Below, piece after piece: positions 1 through 10,016 of a stretch of 64,000 nucleotides of DNA. Position numbers and translations under genes: made by a program. Position 1 is the first letter of the stretch; each line of letters begins with the position of its first letter. Below the pieces are notes generated by a model. The model searched no databases. It was not told the DNA's origin and was given only the letters and a program-made list of their open reading frames with translations. Source of the stretch: a virus; IMG/VR virus record IMGVR_UViG_3300027908_000026; one strand, 5' to 3'.

Positions 1-2
1 AT

Positions 3-686
3 TTGGAGAAGTTTGAAAGAACCGAACCATTCAAATTAAAAACTCATAAGAGGTATAAGATTCTTGCAAACATAGCACAACCTCACATCAGGAAAAATAT
101 ACCGGGTTTGCTAGAAGCGTTTGGAAAAGCGTTCACAAAAAACGATGATGTATGTCTAGTACTGAAAATAGTGAACAAGAAACCCACACAACAGTTCGAT
201 GTTTCTTTTAATGAGATATACGCGTCATTCAAAGCTAGATATAAGAATCATGCAGAGATAGAGTTGTTGACAAGCTTTATACCAGATATAGAATCGTTGT
301 ATAATGCATGTGATATTGTTATGACGATGAGTCATGCCGAGTGTTTCTGGATGGTTGGGCTTGAGGGATTCGCAGCTAACAAGATTGTTATTGCTCCGAA
401 TTATGGCGGTCAATTAGATTATATGAATGATGATAATTCCATTCTAATAGATGGTAAAGTAATTAAGGCAGATGCGAAGATGCAGTATTGGACCCAATCT
501 CCTTATGCAGCTGTTTTTAGTCCAAGTACAGATCATTGTGCAGCCCAACTAAAAAAAGCTGTCGATAACTATGATTCATTAATTGAGAAATTCAAGCCCA
601 ACATGAAAAAGGTTATTGCTTGTCATACGTGGGATATTGTTGCTGATAAGATCGTAAATCTGTGTACAAATAATAGCAGTAAGTAA
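3..686 (+). CDS. Glycosyltransferase, GT-B fold (GT4-like), 5'-truncated at window edge
   Basis: RKNIPGLLEAF segment and E-x7-E motif (ECFWMVGLE) followed by IVIAPNYGG. Confidence 0.8.
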   Translation: MEKFERTEPFKLKTHKRYKILANIAQPHIRKNIPGLLEAFGKAFTKNDDVCLVLKIVNKKPTQQFDVSFNEIYASFKARYKNHAEIELLTSFIPDIESLYNACDIVMTMSHAECFWMVGLEGFAANKIVIAPNYGGQLDYMNDDNSILIDGKVIKADAKMQYWTQSPYAAVFSPSTDHCAAQLKKAVDNYDSLIEKFKPNMKKVIACHTWDIVADKIVNLCTNNSSK

Positions 687-725
687 GCATAACACAAACA
701 GAATTAGGAAGATTAGATATTCAAA

Positions 726-1409
726 ATGACACAGTTAAGCATTGTACTACCTGTATTTAATAAAGTGAATTTTACGATGAGCGCAATAAATGATTTTTCC
801 CGGTTGGAAAATGATCATGAAATCATAGTAATAGATAATGCATCATCAGATGAAACACAAGATAAGTTATCATCAATGAATAGACAAAACCTTGTCTACA
901 TAAGAAATGACGAAAATCTATTTCACTCAAAAGCCTGTAATATTGGGTTCGCACGTTCAAAAGGGAAATATGTTCTATTCATTAATAACGACATTAAAGT
1001 TAGATCGAATCATGCTAATTGGGTAGATGATTTAATCAAATACTGTGATGATTATATAGTGGGGCCAACTATGGGGCTATTAGATAATGAATTCAATTTC
1101 GTCAAAGAAAGCAATGAAGAATTAAAGGGTAATTCTTATTTGTCTGGGTGGTGCCTTGCATCATCTAGAGAAAATTGGGAAAAGATAAGCGTAGACAATC
1201 AGATATTTTGCGAGGAGCTAAAATTTTACTTTAACGATACAGACATTGGATTCAAATGTCGAGAGATCGGCATGCCAATGAAAGTAGTTGATATACCGGT
1301 AGTGCATTTCGGAAAAATATCGGCATCACAATTTAATATTCCAAAGCTTTACACAGAAGCGCGCAAAATATTTGTGAACAAATGGAGCAAACATGACACT
1401 AGGAAGTAA
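726..1409 (+). CDS. Glycosyltransferase family 2 (GT-A)
   Basis: IVLPVFN, IIVIDNASSD, FINND motifs. Confidence 0.85.
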   Translation: MTQLSIVLPVFNKVNFTMSAINDFSRLENDHEIIVIDNASSDETQDKLSSMNRQNLVYIRNDENLFHSKACNIGFARSKGKYVLFINNDIKVRSNHANWVDDLIKYCDDYIVGPTMGLLDNEFNFVKESNEELKGNSYLSGWCLASSRENWEKISVDNQIFCEELKFYFNDTDIGFKCREIGMPMKVVDIPVVHFGKISASQFNIPKLYTEARKIFVNKWSKHDTRK

Positions 1410-2406
1410 GATAATACTGATTTTAGCAACCATAGCTGGTTTGTGTGCTGTTGGATTTATAATCTACCAGCAACATGAAATGTCAACTATGCAACAGCAA
1501 ATTAACGCATCTGTAGTTGCACAAAAAACTTTGTTAGACAACATTACTCGATCATCAGCGCAGTATGCAACAAAACAAGATTTAGATGCCTTTGCCCAAC
1601 AGAACAACGTTAATCTCGCAGCAATACAAAAAGATGTTGATTCACTAAATGCCACAATAACCGGCATGAACCAAATCGTTGCAAACAGCAGTGGTGAGAA
1701 CTTAAACAATCTCCCATCAACAAATACTACGCCAAATCCAACACCACCAACTACAACAACTGTCAATTGTAATGGTCAACAAATTCCATGTCCTAGTGCG
1801 GACCCGTATGGCTATCAAAAGAATGAACAAAACTTGCAGCTAAATGAGCAGTTTGCTCAAGTGCAAGTTCCAGTAGGAACAGCTAGTTTTTCCGCATGGC
1901 AGCAAAACCCATGGAGCGTTAACCTGTACCCCCGCACTTATGATGTTACAAACGTTCTTGCTACCGATCAGAACGGGCAACAATACGTTTATAATCAGTT
2001 TTCTATCTCAACCAATGGTAAGTCTTATACTGTGCCAATAACAACGGCTAAATTTGTACAGCAGTATCCAACACCAAGTTTTAGTTTCTGGAATCCAAGA
2101 CTATTCTTAACTGCAGGTGGCGGTGTTGACGTAACTGCAATTAAAGGCTCAGCAAATGTTGGTGCTACTCTAGGAATTATGAGCTATGGGCAAACCAAAA
2201 CACTTCCCTCACTCAGCATACTGCAGGTTGGAGTTGTATATGAAACTGGGACGCAGCGTGCAGCCGCGATAATTAATCCAATTAACTTTAATTTGGGTGG
2301 TATCCTACCTAAGGGATTAATTGATAGTACATATGTTGGCCCATCATTACAAATAGACGCTGGTGGTAATTTCATCGCTGGCGGTAACTTAAGTGTAGGA
2401 TTTTAA
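1393..2406 (+). CDS. Membrane-anchored protein: N-terminal TM helix, coiled coil, Pro/Thr linker, beta-rich C-terminus
   Basis: IILILATIAGLCAVGFIIY; Gln-rich heptads; TNTTPNPTPPTTTT; ends GGNLSVGF. Confidence 0.7.
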   Translation: MTLGSKIILILATIAGLCAVGFIIYQQHEMSTMQQQINASVVAQKTLLDNITRSSAQYATKQDLDAFAQQNNVNLAAIQKDVDSLNATITGMNQIVANSSGENLNNLPSTNTTPNPTPPTTTTVNCNGQQIPCPSADPYGYQKNEQNLQLNEQFAQVQVPVGTASFSAWQQNPWSVNLYPRTYDVTNVLATDQNGQQYVYNQFSISTNGKSYTVPITTAKFVQQYPTPSFSFWNPRLFLTAGGGVDVTAIKGSANVGATLGIMSYGQTKTLPSLSILQVGVVYETGTQRAAAIINPINFNLGGILPKGLIDSTYVGPSLQIDAGGNFIAGGNLSVGF

Positions 2407-3222
2407 GTGCTAAATATACTTACATTAACTTGGAATCAATCTAATAAACTCAGTAGGCTCCATGAATCTTTGATGCCTGCCCTAGAGGGACTCGATTATA
2501 ACTGGTTCGTGAAGGATAATGCATCTACCGACAATACATATGATGTAGCGTCAACTTGGGGCGATAAAGTAAACGTCACTAAGTATAAAGATAACGCTCA
2601 GAATTTTGCTGAGGGCATGAATTTTCTGTTTAATCTTGCAGCGCCGAAAGATAACGATCTAGTTCTTCTATTAAACAATGATGTGATTTTTGATGATACA
2701 ACTTCTATCAAGAAGATGATTGCGGCACTTAAAGATGACATAGGCGTTGTTGGTGCCAAGCTGCTATACACTGGTACAAACAAATTACAGCATGCTGGTG
2801 TTGTGTTTAACAGTTTTAATTTACCGATTCATTTACGTCGTGGCGAACTAGATGATGTGCATGCCACAAAGAATAGACTGTTCCAGGCCGTTACAGGAGC
2901 CGTTATGCTTTGTCGAGCTTGTGACTATCGAGCTGTCTGCAATACAAATGCATCAGGTATCAAAGGGCTATGTGAGAAATTAGTTTGGTGTTTTGACGAT
3001 ATCGATGCCTGCCTTGCCATAAGCAATAATACAAACAAGAAAATTCTTTATTGTGGAGATACAAAGATTTTTCACGATGAGAGCGCCTCGTTAAAAGATA
3101 ATCCAGTTAATAAGCTTTATCTAAAACACAATGTTTCATTCTTTCTTACAAAGTGGCGCGGTAAGTACGTAACGGATTTAGATAGATATATGCTAGATCA
3201 GAAATTTAATCTGTATAAGTAA
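2407..3222 (+). CDS. Glycosyltransferase family 2
   Basis: GTG start; VKDNASTD, LLLNNDV, VTGAVML, FDDIDACL motifs. Confidence 0.85.
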   Translation: MLNILTLTWNQSNKLSRLHESLMPALEGLDYNWFVKDNASTDNTYDVASTWGDKVNVTKYKDNAQNFAEGMNFLFNLAAPKDNDLVLLLNNDVIFDDTTSIKKMIAALKDDIGVVGAKLLYTGTNKLQHAGVVFNSFNLPIHLRRGELDDVHATKNRLFQAVTGAVMLCRACDYRAVCNTNASGIKGLCEKLVWCFDDIDACLAISNNTNKKILYCGDTKIFHDESASLKDNPVNKLYLKHNVSFFLTKWRGKYVTDLDRYMLDQKFNLYK

Positions 3223-3228
3223 AGAACT

Positions 3229-4188
3229 ATGGCAAAGAAATTAATAGTAACTGGGTCAGGGGGTTTCATCCTGTCGAATTTCATTCGCAATGCTATCCAT
3301 CAGAAAAAGCCCTACGAATTCATTAGTATCGACAGAGTCAAAAATGGCTCCGTACTAAACAACATATACAACAATAAGAATCACACTTTTTATATAGGTG
3401 ATATTGCAGATGAGCATTTTATCAATGTTGTATTTGAGTACGAGCGTCCAGATATAGTAATTCATGGTGCCGCAGAATCATTTGTAGATGATTCATTGAA
3501 GGACCCAAATAAGTTTATACATTCCAATGTGCTAGGCACTCAGGTGATGGTTAATGCTGCTGTTAAATGGGGAGTAGAAAAGTTTATATATCTCTCGTCG
3601 GACGAGATATATGGCCAATTAGAAAATGCCAATGCTCCTCTTTGGACTGAAGAATCAAAACTTGCACCACGAAATCCGTACAGTGCATCGAAAGCAGCAG
3701 GTGAACTAGTTGTCCAAGCTGCTGCAAGTTCCTACGGACTAAATTATTGTATAACGAGATCAAGCAACAACTATGGTCCCCGACAGACTCCAGAAAAGTT
3801 CATTCCAAAAGTTATTAAGTGCATCAATGAAGGTAGCAGAATTCCTGTCTATGGACAAGGTATGCAGATGCGTGATTGGCTCCATGTTGCAGATAATTGT
3901 GCTGCCATAATGAAGATTATGGAATCTGGTAAAAATGGAGAGGCATATAATATATCTGCACATCAAGAATTTACGAATATAGAAGTTGTTAATGAGATAA
4001 GTAAGGTAATGGGCAAAGGATTAGAATTAGTGGAGTTCGTCCCGGATCGCCCAGGCCACGATTTCCGATATGGTGTAGATACAGCCAAGATTAGTAAATT
4101 AGGTTGGGAACCAAATTTCAAATTCAAGGCTGGACTAGTTACTACGGTCGAATGGTATTTGAACAATAATTGGTTCTTGAAAGGTTAG
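3229..4188 (+). CDS. rmlB: dTDP-glucose 4,6-dehydratase-like NAD-dependent epimerase/dehydratase
   Basis: IVTGSGGFILSNF, HGAAESFVDDS, SSDEIYG, YSASK (YxxxK), NNYGPRQ, DRPGHDFRY. Confidence 0.85.
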   Translation: MAKKLIVTGSGGFILSNFIRNAIHQKKPYEFISIDRVKNGSVLNNIYNNKNHTFYIGDIADEHFINVVFEYERPDIVIHGAAESFVDDSLKDPNKFIHSNVLGTQVMVNAAVKWGVEKFIYLSSDEIYGQLENANAPLWTEESKLAPRNPYSASKAAGELVVQAAASSYGLNYCITRSSNNYGPRQTPEKFIPKVIKCINEGSRIPVYGQGMQMRDWLHVADNCAAIMKIMESGKNGEAYNISAHQEFTNIEVVNEISKVMGKGLELVEFVPDRPGHDFRYGVDTAKISKLGWEPNFKFKAGLVTTVEWYLNNNWFLKG

Positions 4189-4238
4189 TCGATATGCCAG
4201 TTCAAGTAAGCAGAGGTATGTTACAATCAGAGGTTATT

Positions 4239-5561
4239 ATGGACGATATTTCTAACAACGAAAATAAAGAAACGGAATTACCAGCGGTGGATGAAGATAA
4301 GTTAGCTAAATTAAAGGCTAGACTTGCCGCAAAGGAAAAGGAAACAGCTATGACTAGCGCCCCGGTAAAAAGAGAAAGAAGTATAAATTTTGGCATAGTT
4401 GGATCAGGTCAGGCTGGTGATAGAATTGCCGAAGCTTTCTATAAGCTCGGTTATGATGCGGTTGCAATCAATACCGCCCCGCAAGATCTAAAGTTCATAA
4501 CAATTCCAGAATCTAACAAACTACTTTTGGATTATTCTTTGGGTGGCGCAGCTAAAGAAATCGAAATTGGTTTCAAAGCAGCGGAATCACATAGAGCACT
4601 AATTACTGAATTAGTTAATACGCAACTAGCTGATGCACAGATTCTTATTTTAGCATCAAGCCTGGGTGGTGGCTCTGGTGCTGGTTCTTGCGAAGTATTA
4701 GTTGATATTCTATCGGCAACAGGTAAGCCACTTGCTGTCATTACAGTGCTTCCTATGGACAGTGAAGATGTTCAGACAAAAGATAATGCACTAAAGACAT
4801 TATCTAAACTAACAAGATTTACACAAAGCAAGAAGATTCATAATTTGATTGTGGTAGATAATGCTAAGATAGAATCTATCTATAGTAATGTAAGTCAGAT
4901 TGATTTCTTTGGTTTAGCGAATAAAGCTATTGTTGAGCCGATTGATGTATTCAATACATTATCTAGTAAACCATCTGCAGTTAAAGGACTAGATAGTATG
5001 GAATGGGCAAAACTATTTACGGATGGAGAAGGTATAAGTATATACGGCGAGCTAATTGTTTCTAATTACGTGGAAGAGACCTCTATAGCAGAAGCTGTAA
5101 TTAGTAATCTAAATGGAAACCTTTTGGCTGGTGGTTTTGATTTGAAGGAAACGAAATATGCAGGTTTCATTTTATCTGCTAACAAAAATGTATGGGATAA
5201 AGTTCCGGCAGCCAGTGTTAATTACGCCACAGCTATGGTAAATGATCTTTGCGGAAATCCACAAGCCGTTTTTAAGGGTGTTTATGTTAACAATGACAGT
5301 TCAGAAGATGTCATTAAAATATATTCATTTTTTAGCGGGTTAGGTTTACCATCAGGTAGAGTCGACCAACTTCGAAAAGAAGTAGCTGATTTACAATCTA
5401 AAACAAAAGAAAAAGGCACTGCGCGTAATCTTTCTTTGAATCTTAATACTGGTGCGGACGAAGCAATATCTGCCGCTCAAAAAATTAAAGATAAGATAGC
5501 ATCAAAATCTTCTTCGTTCGGTAAATTGGTTAGTAGTAATGTTATTGATCGTAGAAAATAA
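4239..5561 (+). CDS. Tubulin/FtsZ-family GTPase (PhuZ/TubZ-like)
   Basis: GSGQAGDRIA, AINT, signature GGGSGAG, T7-like LDSME; start set at ATG 4239 after GAGG. Confidence 0.85.
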   Translation: MDDISNNENKETELPAVDEDKLAKLKARLAAKEKETAMTSAPVKRERSINFGIVGSGQAGDRIAEAFYKLGYDAVAINTAPQDLKFITIPESNKLLLDYSLGGAAKEIEIGFKAAESHRALITELVNTQLADAQILILASSLGGGSGAGSCEVLVDILSATGKPLAVITVLPMDSEDVQTKDNALKTLSKLTRFTQSKKIHNLIVVDNAKIESIYSNVSQIDFFGLANKAIVEPIDVFNTLSSKPSAVKGLDSMEWAKLFTDGEGISIYGELIVSNYVEETSIAEAVISNLNGNLLAGGFDLKETKYAGFILSANKNVWDKVPAASVNYATAMVNDLCGNPQAVFKGVYVNNDSSEDVIKIYSFFSGLGLPSGRVDQLRKEVADLQSKTKEKGTARNLSLNLNTGADEAISAAQKIKDKIASKSSSFGKLVSSNVIDRRK

Positions 5562-5612
5562 CATCAATGAGATGCTGCAGGCTCACCATAAAAATAAAAC
5601 CTGGAAATTAAA

Positions 5613-6578
5613 ATGATTAATCTACAAGGAATTGGAATATTTGTATGGCAAGAATCACAATGCGAACATGGTGATTGGAATGCCATAGTACAAAAATGCA
5701 AAGCTGCTGGTATTAAATGGATCGTAGCAAAGTCTGGTGATTCATCTAGATATTCCAACTGGACCACAGCCCATTTACAGGAAGTAATTCAGATTTGCCA
5801 CAATAATGGGCTGTTGTTTGGAACTTGGAATTATTCTATTCCAACAACTACTCAAGCACAAATTACACAAATACAATCCTTATTTAAGGATGGTGTTGAT
5901 CTGCATCTTATTGATGCTGAAATAGAGTTTCAAACAATTCCAAATGCAAACGAAGTTGCTGAAACATTTATGCAGGAGCTGCGCGCAGCTGTTGGAAATG
6001 ATGTTTTTATAGGGCATGCCCCATTTTCCATAGTTAATTATCATCCTAGCTTCCCATATGCAGGATTTGGAAAATATGTAGATGCTGTTTGTGACCAGGC
6101 ATATTGGACGGAATTCAATTGGACCGTCCAAAAGACAATTTCTCTATCAGATGAGGCCTGGGCGAACTTTAATAAAGCTAATCCAGATGCTGCTAAACCT
6201 CGTTTCCCCATCGGTGTGTCTTATGGACAAGGATATCCAGGCGTACCGGGTCCATTAAATGCCGTTGATATACAAACATTTATGACCCACTATAGCGGGA
6301 CTCCTTTCTCGTTTTACTCATATGACGCTGCATTCCCTCTATTCTGGGAAACACTAACAGCAGCTAATACACCAGTACCCATTCCGGCGGTTGAACAACC
6401 AGTAGCTCCTCCTGCTGCCCCCGTCCCGCCCCCTGCTGTAGCAGCTCCTGTATCGCCCCCGGCTCCAGTGGCAGCATCTCCAGCGCCATCAATTACACCA
6501 CAACAGGTTGTAAGTTTCTGGGACAAGATTGCACCATGGCTTACTAAGATAGGGAAGTGGATTTTTAGTATCCGATAA
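5613..6578 (+). CDS. Putative endolysin, GH25-like glycoside hydrolase with Pro/Ala linker and C-terminal amphipathic helix
   Basis: WIVAKSGD, HLIDAEIE (D-x-E); PVAPPAAPVPPP linker; FWDKIAPWLTKIGKWIFSIR tail. Confidence 0.6.
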   Translation: MINLQGIGIFVWQESQCEHGDWNAIVQKCKAAGIKWIVAKSGDSSRYSNWTTAHLQEVIQICHNNGLLFGTWNYSIPTTTQAQITQIQSLFKDGVDLHLIDAEIEFQTIPNANEVAETFMQELRAAVGNDVFIGHAPFSIVNYHPSFPYAGFGKYVDAVCDQAYWTEFNWTVQKTISLSDEAWANFNKANPDAAKPRFPIGVSYGQGYPGVPGPLNAVDIQTFMTHYSGTPFSFYSYDAAFPLFWETLTAANTPVPIPAVEQPVAPPAAPVPPPAVAAPVSPPAPVAASPAPSITPQQVVSFWDKIAPWLTKIGKWIFSIR

Positions 6579-6638
6579 AACATCATAAATCTGACGATAT
6601 CACAACAATGTTATATACAATATTGTTGTGGTTTCTTT

Positions 6639-8123
6639 ATGGCAAAGATAGTAATACTCGGAAACAGTTGCAAGATTCTTGAAGAGCAGGATATTAATTT
6701 CCTACTAAACCTCGACAAGCATCTATCGTTCTATGTGTTAGGTGCCGAACATACGCAAGCATTCAAAGGCTATGTTGGTTCAGATGGAAAGTTCACCCGT
6801 TGGGATGGGTTCAAAAAACTATTGAATACCAATTTAACATTTGCTACTGGGTTACTAGACAGAGTAAAAAAATTCTACGCAGCTGCAAATAAAGAACTAG
6901 AAATTATAGACAGTAGGCCTCCTAAAAGTGTTGGAGAGCCTAAAGATGTTCGTGCCAACCTAGAAAAAATGGATATTGTTCCTTATGATTATCAGCAGCA
7001 TGTTGTTGATAATATAGATGGTTATGAACGTGGTATTATAAAGCTTGCAACGGGTGGTGGTAAAAGCCTCATAGCTGCCCTTGTAACGGCTCATCTTGGT
7101 AAGAAGACCATCATCTATGTTGTGGGTAAAGACCTCTTATATCAATTTTATAAATTGTTCTCACAGGTGTTTGATGAGGAGATAGGTCTTATAGGCGATG
7201 GCAACTGTATCATAAAAGATATCAATATTGCAAGTGTTTGGACTGTTGGGCAGGCACTCGGCATGAAGAAGGCTGATATCTTACTTGATGATAACGAAAA
7301 TGAAAAACTATTAGGATCAAATAAGTATTCAGAAATATTGAAATTAATGAAGTCAACACGAGTACATATTATAGATGAGTGCCACATGGCAGCATGTGAT
7401 ACAATCCAAAAAATTTATAAATGCTGTACCCCTGAACATATCTATGGCCTGAGCGGTTCTCCATGGAGAGATGACGGGGCAGATATGCTCATTGAATCCG
7501 TTCTAGGCGGGTATATAATGAATATTCCTGCTACTCAATTAATTAAGAGTGGACATTTGGCACAACCTATAATTAAATTTGTATCTGTTCCTAAAATGAA
7601 GTGCGAAAGAAACTATAAACAAGCATATAGAGACTATATAGTTGAAAATCAAACTAGAAATGATTTAGTTCTTAAGTATGCTAAAACACTAGTACAAAAA
7701 GGATACAAAACTCTTATACTATTTAACAGTATAAAACATGGTAAAATACTATACGATTTAATTTCACCACACATTAAATGCGCGCTCCTGGATGGCTCTG
7801 ATGATCAGAAAACAAGGAACAAAGTAAAAAGAGATTTAGAAAATGGTAAAATTAATTGTATATTAGCATCCAGAATATTTGATCTTGGTATAGATATTCC
7901 CGCACTATCTGGTTTAATAGTTGCTTGTGCAGGGAAGTCGACAGTTAGAGCGCTGCAAAGAATAGGTAGAGTTATTAGGAAATTCGAATCGAAAAAGCAC
8001 GCAGCCGTGGTGGACTTCGTGGACAACACAGTATTCCTACGGAATCACGCAGAGATACGCCGCAAAATATATGCCTCCGAAGGGGGTTTCGAGGTCCAAT
8101 GGCCAAAAGAGGAAGAAAAGTGA
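6639..8123 (+). CDS. Superfamily 2 DExH helicase (UvsW/Rad25-like)
   Basis: LATGGGKS, IIDECH, GLSGSP, FDLGID, QRIGRVIR. Confidence 0.9.
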   Translation: MAKIVILGNSCKILEEQDINFLLNLDKHLSFYVLGAEHTQAFKGYVGSDGKFTRWDGFKKLLNTNLTFATGLLDRVKKFYAAANKELEIIDSRPPKSVGEPKDVRANLEKMDIVPYDYQQHVVDNIDGYERGIIKLATGGGKSLIAALVTAHLGKKTIIYVVGKDLLYQFYKLFSQVFDEEIGLIGDGNCIIKDINIASVWTVGQALGMKKADILLDDNENEKLLGSNKYSEILKLMKSTRVHIIDECHMAACDTIQKIYKCCTPEHIYGLSGSPWRDDGADMLIESVLGGYIMNIPATQLIKSGHLAQPIIKFVSVPKMKCERNYKQAYRDYIVENQTRNDLVLKYAKTLVQKGYKTLILFNSIKHGKILYDLISPHIKCALLDGSDDQKTRNKVKRDLENGKINCILASRIFDLGIDIPALSGLIVACAGKSTVRALQRIGRVIRKFESKKHAAVVDFVDNTVFLRNHAEIRRKIYASEGGFEVQWPKEEEK

Positions 8124-8719
8124 ATCAAGAAAGCATTTCATTAAACGAATATCCCTCAGTGCATTGGAAGAAGTTTTTTCAGCTTGCCAACAAAACTGAT
8201 ACCATTCCAGTTGAAGAATGGAATACCACTAACTTAATAGGGTATTTCTGCAAAAAATACAAAGACTATTATAATTTAGATTATACTTTTAAGTTTAATA
8301 GTACAGCTCCCACAAAGTCGTACGAGGTATTTAATTTTCGTAAACTATCCAGTATGTTATCTTCGGAACCAAATATTCTAAAGGACTATATAGACTGGTT
8401 CTTCCAAAATAAAATAGTAGCCCGCAAACGTAGAATAACTTCCATGGCATATTTAACTGATGCCATTACAGTTAATGAATATAAGTTCAAAAAATTACTT
8501 ATTTCTAAAAATATTAGTATCGATAGATCCACAACTCTTCCTCCTAATTATATAGAAGTTATAACAGGGTTTGGTCAACATATTAGTAATTATGGTGAAC
8601 TTGCTTTTATAAAGAGATGTATGGATAACGGGAATGCTACGGATCCTAAATTTAAGGAGATGATGGACGCACTTCGCAAAGCTGGTCTTGATACAAATTC
8701 TTTGGATAAGGTGAAATGA
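8120..8719 (+). CDS. Hypothetical protein in replication cluster
   Basis: Long ORF; GTG start overlaps helicase stop and follows GAGGAAG. Confidence 0.75.
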   Translation: MNQESISLNEYPSVHWKKFFQLANKTDTIPVEEWNTTNLIGYFCKKYKDYYNLDYTFKFNSTAPTKSYEVFNFRKLSSMLSSEPNILKDYIDWFFQNKIVARKRRITSMAYLTDAITVNEYKFKKLLISKNISIDRSTTLPPNYIEVITGFGQHISNYGELAFIKRCMDNGNATDPKFKEMMDALRKAGLDTNSLDKVK

Positions 8720-8922
8720 TGAAACATAATACATCTAAAGATATGATTACTATACATATAAAAACACTTACTAGTGTTATTGATAAATTGCGACAAGAAA
8801 AACTAGATGTATTGGCCGATATGCTTCAGTTTGGTATAGAAGGGTATGATATTGGTGATGGTCATAGATGCAATATATGTGAACAATTATCCGCTGGAAT
8901 AGCTCATAGATGTTGGAAGTAG
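8716..8922 (+). CDS. Small hypothetical protein with CxxC
   Basis: ATGA overlap with upstream gene; HRCNICE. Confidence 0.6.
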   Translation: MMKHNTSKDMITIHIKTLTSVIDKLRQEKLDVLADMLQFGIEGYDIGDGHRCNICEQLSAGIAHRCWK

Positions 8923-8929
8923 GGTCTAT

Positions 8930-9406
8930 ATGAATCCAAAACAGGGTGAACATGTAATCATTTGTCTCAGGAACGGAGTCCAGCTTGAAGGCGATGTGAT
9001 TAGCTGGAGCGATGGAAAATCTGCATTAAAATCTTCCCAGGGTACAGCAACAATTGTTCTTCAGAAGACTCTCGATGATGTACTCTTCTTCAAGATTACA
9101 AATTTCCGCGATGACTATGAGGAACTAAAAGAGAAACCCGTCAAGGAAGAAGACGACATAAAGCAGCTAGCAGAACTCAAATCTCAGATAAATGAGATGG
9201 ATAGAGCTGATCTTCGCGAGAAAATGTCTAGTCATCAAGCAGATGGAATGAGAGAAGTAAGTTATGAGCTACCATGGTCAAATATCAAGATCCCTGGCAC
9301 TGTCAAACGTCCCGGAGAAAAAACTACAGGAACAGATTCTGAACTTGGTTCAGAGCTGCAAAATTTGTTCTCAGAAAAACGTAAAGGTAATAGAACAAGC
9401 TCTTGA
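8930..9406 (+). CDS. Hypothetical protein
   Basis: 158-aa ORF in operon; 3' end overlaps the next gene by 143 nt. Confidence 0.7.
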   Translation: MNPKQGEHVIICLRNGVQLEGDVISWSDGKSALKSSQGTATIVLQKTLDDVLFFKITNFRDDYEELKEKPVKEEDDIKQLAELKSQINEMDRADLREKMSSHQADGMREVSYELPWSNIKIPGTVKRPGEKTTGTDSELGSELQNLFSEKRKGNRTSS

Positions 9407-10016
9407 TGGTCTCTGTGAGAGATGTTCAATAATGGCTATTGCATACAATAGGTATGCCAATAGCAACGTACCCGTTAGTTATTGGAATCTTGATATGAAA
9501 GATTTCAAAGGGCCGATTGCTCTAAATAATGCTTATGAAGAAATAATTAAGGATTTAAGTTTATCATATAAAAACGGAATATCGGTTTGTTTTGCTGGTT
9601 CACATGGTTTGGGAAAAACTTCAACGGCGACAAACGTCCTAAAAAAAGCCTGTCAAAAAAACTATACTTGTCTTTATACAGTATTAGAAAATATAGTTAG
9701 TGCTCTAACGGATGCGCCATCTGAGGAAAGATTTTTGGCGCGCCGAGAACTTACAGGTGTTGATTTTCTTGTAATCGATGAATTCGACCCGCGTGTCATT
9801 CAAACTGAAGCAACAGCAGATTTATTTGGAAAAATGCTTGAGAACATTTTCAGAACCAGGTCCCAGAATAAACTCCCAACTATATTTTGCACCAATAGTC
9901 CGAACCCAGTAGAATCATTCACTGGTTCCATCAAAAACAGTATAGATAGTTTGATGTCTCAGGTTAAAGTTATTCCAGTACTAGGAAAAGATTTTAGAAA
10001 ACAGCAGGTGATGTAA
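9264..10016 (+). CDS. DnaC/IstB-like AAA+ ATPase (helicase loader) with N-terminal Zn site
   Basis: CKIC...CERC, Walker A GSHGLGKT, Walker B LVIDEF; adjacent to DnaB. Confidence 0.85.
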   Translation: MSYHGQISRSLALSNVPEKKLQEQILNLVQSCKICSQKNVKVIEQALDGLCERCSIMAIAYNRYANSNVPVSYWNLDMKDFKGPIALNNAYEEIIKDLSLSYKNGISVCFAGSHGLGKTSTATNVLKKACQKNYTCLYTVLENIVSALTDAPSEERFLARRELTGVDFLVIDEFDPRVIQTEATADLFGKMLENIFRTRSQNKLPTIFCTNSPNPVESFTGSIKNSIDSLMSQVKVIPVLGKDFRKQQVM

